From Candidatus Pacearchaeota archaeon (GTDB taxonomy: Archaea > Nanobdellota > Nanobdellia > Pacearchaeales > GW2011-AR1), in contig JBNLCO010000008.1 in assembly GCA_050303855.1 (NCBI GenBank), forward strand, positions 1,236 through 65,235: a stretch of DNA of 64,000 nucleotides. The letters are read 5' to 3'. Below are positions 59,948 through 64,000 of this stretch, piece after piece (the stretch's first letter is position 1; every line of letters begins with the position of its first letter). The position numbers were made by a program, and so were the translations under genes. A model generated the notes under the pieces. That model ran no database searches, was not told the origin of the DNA, and saw only the letters and a list, made by a program, of their open reading frames with translations.

Positions 59948-61498
59948 ATGGATCAGAAAACAAGCATAAAAGATTATCCTCCAGTTAAGATTGACTTTAA
60001 TCCAAAAGTTCCTCCATTAAAGAGATTTAAAGATAAGACTAAAGTAGATGTCAGGTATTGCCTTATAGCCCCTTTTACTTATGTTCATATATATTGGGAT
60101 AATAAGGAATACGAATTAATGTATGAAATTGAAGAACCTATTCTGGATAAGCAGGAGGAAGAATTCAAAAAAGAAATAATTGAGACCCTTAGGAATATGG
60201 TTAATTATGAGACTGTTGTTGAGAAAGACCAGGATAAGGTTCTTGAGTATATTGATAAGAAAATTAAAATGATTGCTTTGGAACTTGACTTGGATATACC
60301 TTATGAAAGTTATAAGAAAATATATTATTATCTTGTTAGAGATTTTGTAGGATTTAATGAAGCAGAACCTTTGTTAAGAGATTATTTTGTAGAAGATATT
60401 GAGTGTAACGGATCAAATACCCCTGTGTATATTGTTCATAGAATTTTTAGAAACTTAAAGACAAATTTGATATTTAAAGAGAATGAGAGAATGGAGAATT
60501 TTGTTGAGAAGTTGGCTCAGAGATGTGGAAAATATATTTCTTATGCTAAACCAATCTTGGATGGTACTTTGCCAGATGGTTCGAGAGTTAATGCTACATA
60601 CACCAAAGACATTACGTCAAGAGGTCCAACATTTACAATCCGTAAGTTCACCAAGACTCCTTGGACCCCTCCCCAGCTTATATCATTTAGGACATTAAGC
60701 CCAGAAATAATGGCCTACCTGTGGTTATTAATACAATATAGAATGAATATACTTATTGTTGGAGGAACTGCATCGGGTAAGACTACTTTGTTAAATGCTA
60801 TTGCTTTCTTCATACCTCCTGAGGCAAGAGTTGTTTCTATTGAAGATACACGTGAATTAAACTTGCCTAGAGAAAACTGGTTACCAAGTGTTGTTAGAAG
60901 TGATACTGGATCGGGACAGGGAGAGATAAGTTTATTTGATTTGTTAAAGAGTTCTTTCAGACAGAATCCTGATTATGTTATAGTTGGGGAGGTTAGAGGT
61001 AAGGAGGCTTCTGTACTATTTCAGGGTATGGCTTCAGGACATTCATCAATAAGTACTATTCACGCTGATTCGGTTGATACGGTTATAAAAAGATTAGAAA
61101 CCCCTCCAATTGAATTGCCTCCAACATTGCTTAACGTTTTAGATTGTATGTGTATAATGACTCATGCGGTAGTTAACAATGAAGAAACAAGAAAATTGAA
61201 AGAGGTTGTTGAGATTCTTAATGTTACGCCCGATGGTCAGGCGAGAACAAACACCCCCTTCATATGGAATGCTTTTGATGATGAGTTTTATTTTAAAGAG
61301 AATAGTTATATCTTTGAGAAAATAAAGAAAAGGTATGGTATAACAGTTCAAGAACTTGAAAAAGAGTTTAGAAGAAGAGTTAAGTTAATTTACGAATTGC
61401 ACAAAAGAAAAGAATTCAAGTTTGAAGAAGTTCAGAAAATTATTAGTGAATATTATAAGAAACCGGACAAAGTCTTAAAGGAATTCGGGATAGAATAA
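59948..61498 (+). CDS. Type II/IV secretion or pilus assembly ATPase (FlaI/TadA/VirB11-like)
   Basis: GGTASGKTT, SIEDTREL, RQNPDYVIVGEVRG, GH..ISTIHA. Confidence 0.93.
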   Translation: MDQKTSIKDYPPVKIDFNPKVPPLKRFKDKTKVDVRYCLIAPFTYVHIYWDNKEYELMYEIEEPILDKQEEEFKKEIIETLRNMVNYETVVEKDQDKVLEYIDKKIKMIALELDLDIPYESYKKIYYYLVRDFVGFNEAEPLLRDYFVEDIECNGSNTPVYIVHRIFRNLKTNLIFKENERMENFVEKLAQRCGKYISYAKPILDGTLPDGSRVNATYTKDITSRGPTFTIRKFTKTPWTPPQLISFRTLSPEIMAYLWLLIQYRMNILIVGGTASGKTTLLNAIAFFIPPEARVVSIEDTRELNLPRENWLPSVVRSDTGSGQGEISLFDLLKSSFRQNPDYVIVGEVRGKEASVLFQGMASGHSSISTIHADSVDTVIKRLETPPIELPPTLLNVLDCMCIMTHAVVNNEETRKLKEVVEILNVTPDGQARTNTPFIWNAFDDEFYFKENSYIFEKIKKRYGITVQELEKEFRRRVKLIYELHKRKEFKFEEVQKIISEYYKKPDKVLKEFGIE

Positions 61499-61535
61499 TC
61501 AAAATATTTAATAACGTAGATTCTCTTTTTCATTA

Positions 61536-61724
61536 ATGGAAAAAGAGGGAGACAAACCAGTTCTTGATAGTGATACAAGAGATTTTCTTAATCATGCAGT
61601 TATGAGCCTTGAAGAGGCAGAAAAAAAGCTTGAAGAATCATATAATAATAGAAACCCTAATCGATTTAATGCTCTTAAAAAATTCATGTTGAAGATAAAT
61701 AAATCTATATCGGAGACAATATGA
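61536..61724 (+). CDS. Small helical hypothetical protein
   Basis: 62 aa; ATGA overlap with the next gene. Confidence 0.55.
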   Translation: MEKEGDKPVLDSDTRDFLNHAVMSLEEAEKKLEESYNNRNPNRFNALKKFMLKINKSISETI

Positions 61725-63019
61725 AAGAGGCTAATTTTAAGGATTTAAGGGAATATATTTTGATGCAAAAGAAAATCATGAGAGAGATAAATTCTCTTTA
61801 CGAATCAAAAGAAAAGGGAGACATGTTTATTCAACATGTTGGGAAGCTTTTGAAGATGCTTTCAGATGTTAATAAGAGGTTTAATGAAGAATTAGAAAAA
61901 GTAATACTTCCAAAAGATCTTGAGATTAAAGTGATAAAAGAGGTTCCGAAAAAACCTGAGGCAAAACCTCCTGTGCAAAAAAGCGTAGTTCCCTCTGAAG
62001 TCTTTATTCCAAAGGAAATGTATTCTTGGAAAGATATGAAACCGAACAAAATTGAGAGGGAAACATTCAAGAGACTTCAAAAAGAGAAAAAGAAGCGTGA
62101 GGATAAGAAAGAGGAACATAGAGCTAGCAACTATCTTAAAATGGCTAATAGGTTCTTCTCAAAATCTGCAAGAAAAATCGTTGATGAGAAAACATTTGAA
62201 ACCCTTGAGAGAGATTTATCTAAAGCCAACTTGCAATTTACAGGACAAGAATATTTATCTTTGATTGCATTTAGTGCAATAATCTCTATATTTGTAGCCT
62301 TGTTTTTCATATTGTTCTTTTTGTTTTTTAACATTGGTCCAGAGTTACCTATTATTACAAGAACTGCAGAGGACTTTGGTTCTAGAATAGTAAAATTATT
62401 TTGGTTGATATTTGTTGTTCCGATTGGAACAATCTTAATAATGTATTTCTATCCTTCTATGGAGAGAAAGTCTAAGGCAATAAGAGTGGATCAAGAATTG
62501 CCTTTTGCAGTATTAAACATGTCTGCCATAGCAGGTTCTTTAATTGACCCTACAGATATATTTGAAATTATTATTTCTACAAAAGAATATCCTAAGCTTT
62601 CGGAACAATTTACCAAATTAATAAATGAGACAAATGTTTACGGTTATGATTTAGTTAGTGCTTTAAGAAATGCTGCTTATAATAGCCCTAGTAAAAGGTT
62701 AGCTGAACTGTATGGAGGTTTAGCAGTTACTATAACTTCTGGAGGAGACCTCTCAGAATTCTTTGATAAAAGAGCAGAGACTTTATTATTTGAATACAGA
62801 TTAGAGAAAGAAAAGAAAACAAAAGCTGCTGAAACATTTATGGATATTTACATTAGTATTGTTATTGCAGCTCCAATGATCCTTATGATTTTACTTATGA
62901 TGATGAAGATAAGTGGTTTAGGTGTTGCTCTAAGTACTCAAACGATAACTTTGATTATGGTTATAGCTGTTTCTGTGATAAATGTTATGTTCATATCATT
63001 CCTGGAGGTCAAGAAATAA
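61721..63019 (+). CDS. T2SSF/TadC/FlaJ-like membrane platform protein
   Basis: DQELPFAV, GYDLVSAL, SPSKRL, SGGDL..F. Confidence 0.88.
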   Translation: MKEANFKDLREYILMQKKIMREINSLYESKEKGDMFIQHVGKLLKMLSDVNKRFNEELEKVILPKDLEIKVIKEVPKKPEAKPPVQKSVVPSEVFIPKEMYSWKDMKPNKIERETFKRLQKEKKKREDKKEEHRASNYLKMANRFFSKSARKIVDEKTFETLERDLSKANLQFTGQEYLSLIAFSAIISIFVALFFILFFLFFNIGPELPIITRTAEDFGSRIVKLFWLIFVVPIGTILIMYFYPSMERKSKAIRVDQELPFAVLNMSAIAGSLIDPTDIFEIIISTKEYPKLSEQFTKLINETNVYGYDLVSALRNAAYNSPSKRLAELYGGLAVTITSGGDLSEFFDKRAETLLFEYRLEKEKKTKAAETFMDIYISIVIAAPMILMILLMMMKISGLGVALSTQTITLIMVIAVSVINVMFISFLEVKK

Positions 63020-63870
63020 TGGCAGAGATTAAGAAGCTCCACATTGTAGGATTGGTTTTAGGATTTATGATTATAATTTTATCTTTATTTTTTATGGGCA
63101 CTAAGGCATTCTTTATACTTCTCGGAGGAGGAGTAATTATTGCAGCATTCCCTTTTGTTCTTACGGCAATAAATGAGACACGTAGGGAGAATGAGAAAGA
63201 GGAAATGTTTCTTGAATTTACTAGGAATCTTGTTGAAAGTGTAAAGACTGGAACACCAATAAGCAAGAGTATTATTAATGTTAAGAATAAATCTTATGGA
63301 GTCCTTGGAGAACACGTTAAGAAATTAGCTAATCAAATCTCTTTAGGTATTCCCTTGAATACTGCATTAAGAATCTTTGCCAAAGATGTCCATAATAAAA
63401 CAATATCTAGAACATTAACTTTGATTGGTCAGGCTGAAAAGGCTGGAGGAGATATTGGAGAGATATTGGAATCCGTTGCTGCAGCTGTTAGCATGTCAGA
63501 TAGTTTGAAGAAAGAGAGAAAGGCTGCAATATCTACTTTGGTTGTGCAAGGTTACATTATTTTCTTTGTTTTTATGATAATTATTTTGATCTTCCAATTT
63601 CAAATATTGCCATTAGTTTCAGGGATATCTTCTTTGAGTGAAGGAGGAGATGGGGGATTAAATACAGGGATCGGGGTTGGAGGTGAGCCTATCAGCGGAG
63701 AGGAATTGGCTAATTCTTTCTTATATTTATTGTTGATACAGGGTTTCTTTACGGGTTTAACAATAGGAGAACTATCCGAGAATAGTCTTAAAGCTGGAAT
63801 ACAACATTCTTTCACATTAATGTTCTTCTCATTCTTAATATCTGCTGTGGCAAATATCATCTTCGGTTAA
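63019..63870 (+). CDS. T2SSF/TadB-C-like membrane platform protein
   Basis: F.RNL.ESV.TG, QISLGIPL..AL, AEKAGGDI.EILE. Confidence 0.88.
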   Translation: MAEIKKLHIVGLVLGFMIIILSLFFMGTKAFFILLGGGVIIAAFPFVLTAINETRRENEKEEMFLEFTRNLVESVKTGTPISKSIINVKNKSYGVLGEHVKKLANQISLGIPLNTALRIFAKDVHNKTISRTLTLIGQAEKAGGDIGEILESVAAAVSMSDSLKKERKAAISTLVVQGYIIFFVFMIIILIFQFQILPLVSGISSLSEGGDGGLNTGIGVGGEPISGEELANSFLYLLLIQGFFTGLTIGELSENSLKAGIQHSFTLMFFSFLISAVANIIFG

Positions 63871-63871
63871 A

Positions 63872-64000
63872 ATGTTAAGTAAGTCAAATAAAAAAGGTTC
63901 GCATGTGGGTTTGGTAGTATCTTTCCTTATTTTCATAATTTTTATTTCATTTCTGAGAGTTATTGTGGAACCAGCACTAACTACAGATGATGAGAAAAAG
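63872..64000 (+). CDS. Class III signal peptide protein (truncated by window edge)
   Basis: MLSKSNKKG/SHVGLVVSFLIF... Confidence 0.7.
   Translation, partial: MLSKSNKKGSHVGLVVSFLIFIIFISFLRVIVEPALTTDDEKK

Overview
AT-rich, gene-dense archaeal DNA, most likely from a DPANN (Pacearchaeota/Woesearchaeota-like) genome. This is inferred from TATA boxes about 20-30 nt before mostly leaderless ATGs, a TrmB regulator, an archaeal-type SRP RNA, class III-signal pilins and large asparagine-rich surface proteins. Layout: (1) 1-13 kb, mostly core genes (IleRS, TrmB, ArgRS, MGMT, tRNA-Thr(CGT), tRNA-Leu(TAA)) plus three tandem STAS-like genes. (2) About 17-40 kb, an accessory surface-sorting and glycosylation locus (archaeosortase, two PEF-CTERM proteins, CPBP protease, flippase, GT2/GT4, DUF2206-like and DUF1616-like genes) interrupted by many toxin-antitoxin-type modules (three MNT-HEPN pairs, two Fic, one PIN). 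(3) 40-55 kb, secreted and surface proteins including a 2.5k-aa multidomain adhesin. (4) VapBC, SRP RNA and a type IV pilus-like operon. Most striking DNA-level observations: one Fic gene is bracketed by two inverted 44-bp sites with identical arms; three Fic/MNT proteins share a putative DNA-binding N-terminal domain whose similarity tracks their operator sequences; and a 28-bp copy of a PEF-CTERM gene 3' end brackets a two-gene insert. No CRISPR, rRNA, integrase or transposase was recognised. All family calls are by eye from motifs; no searches were run.
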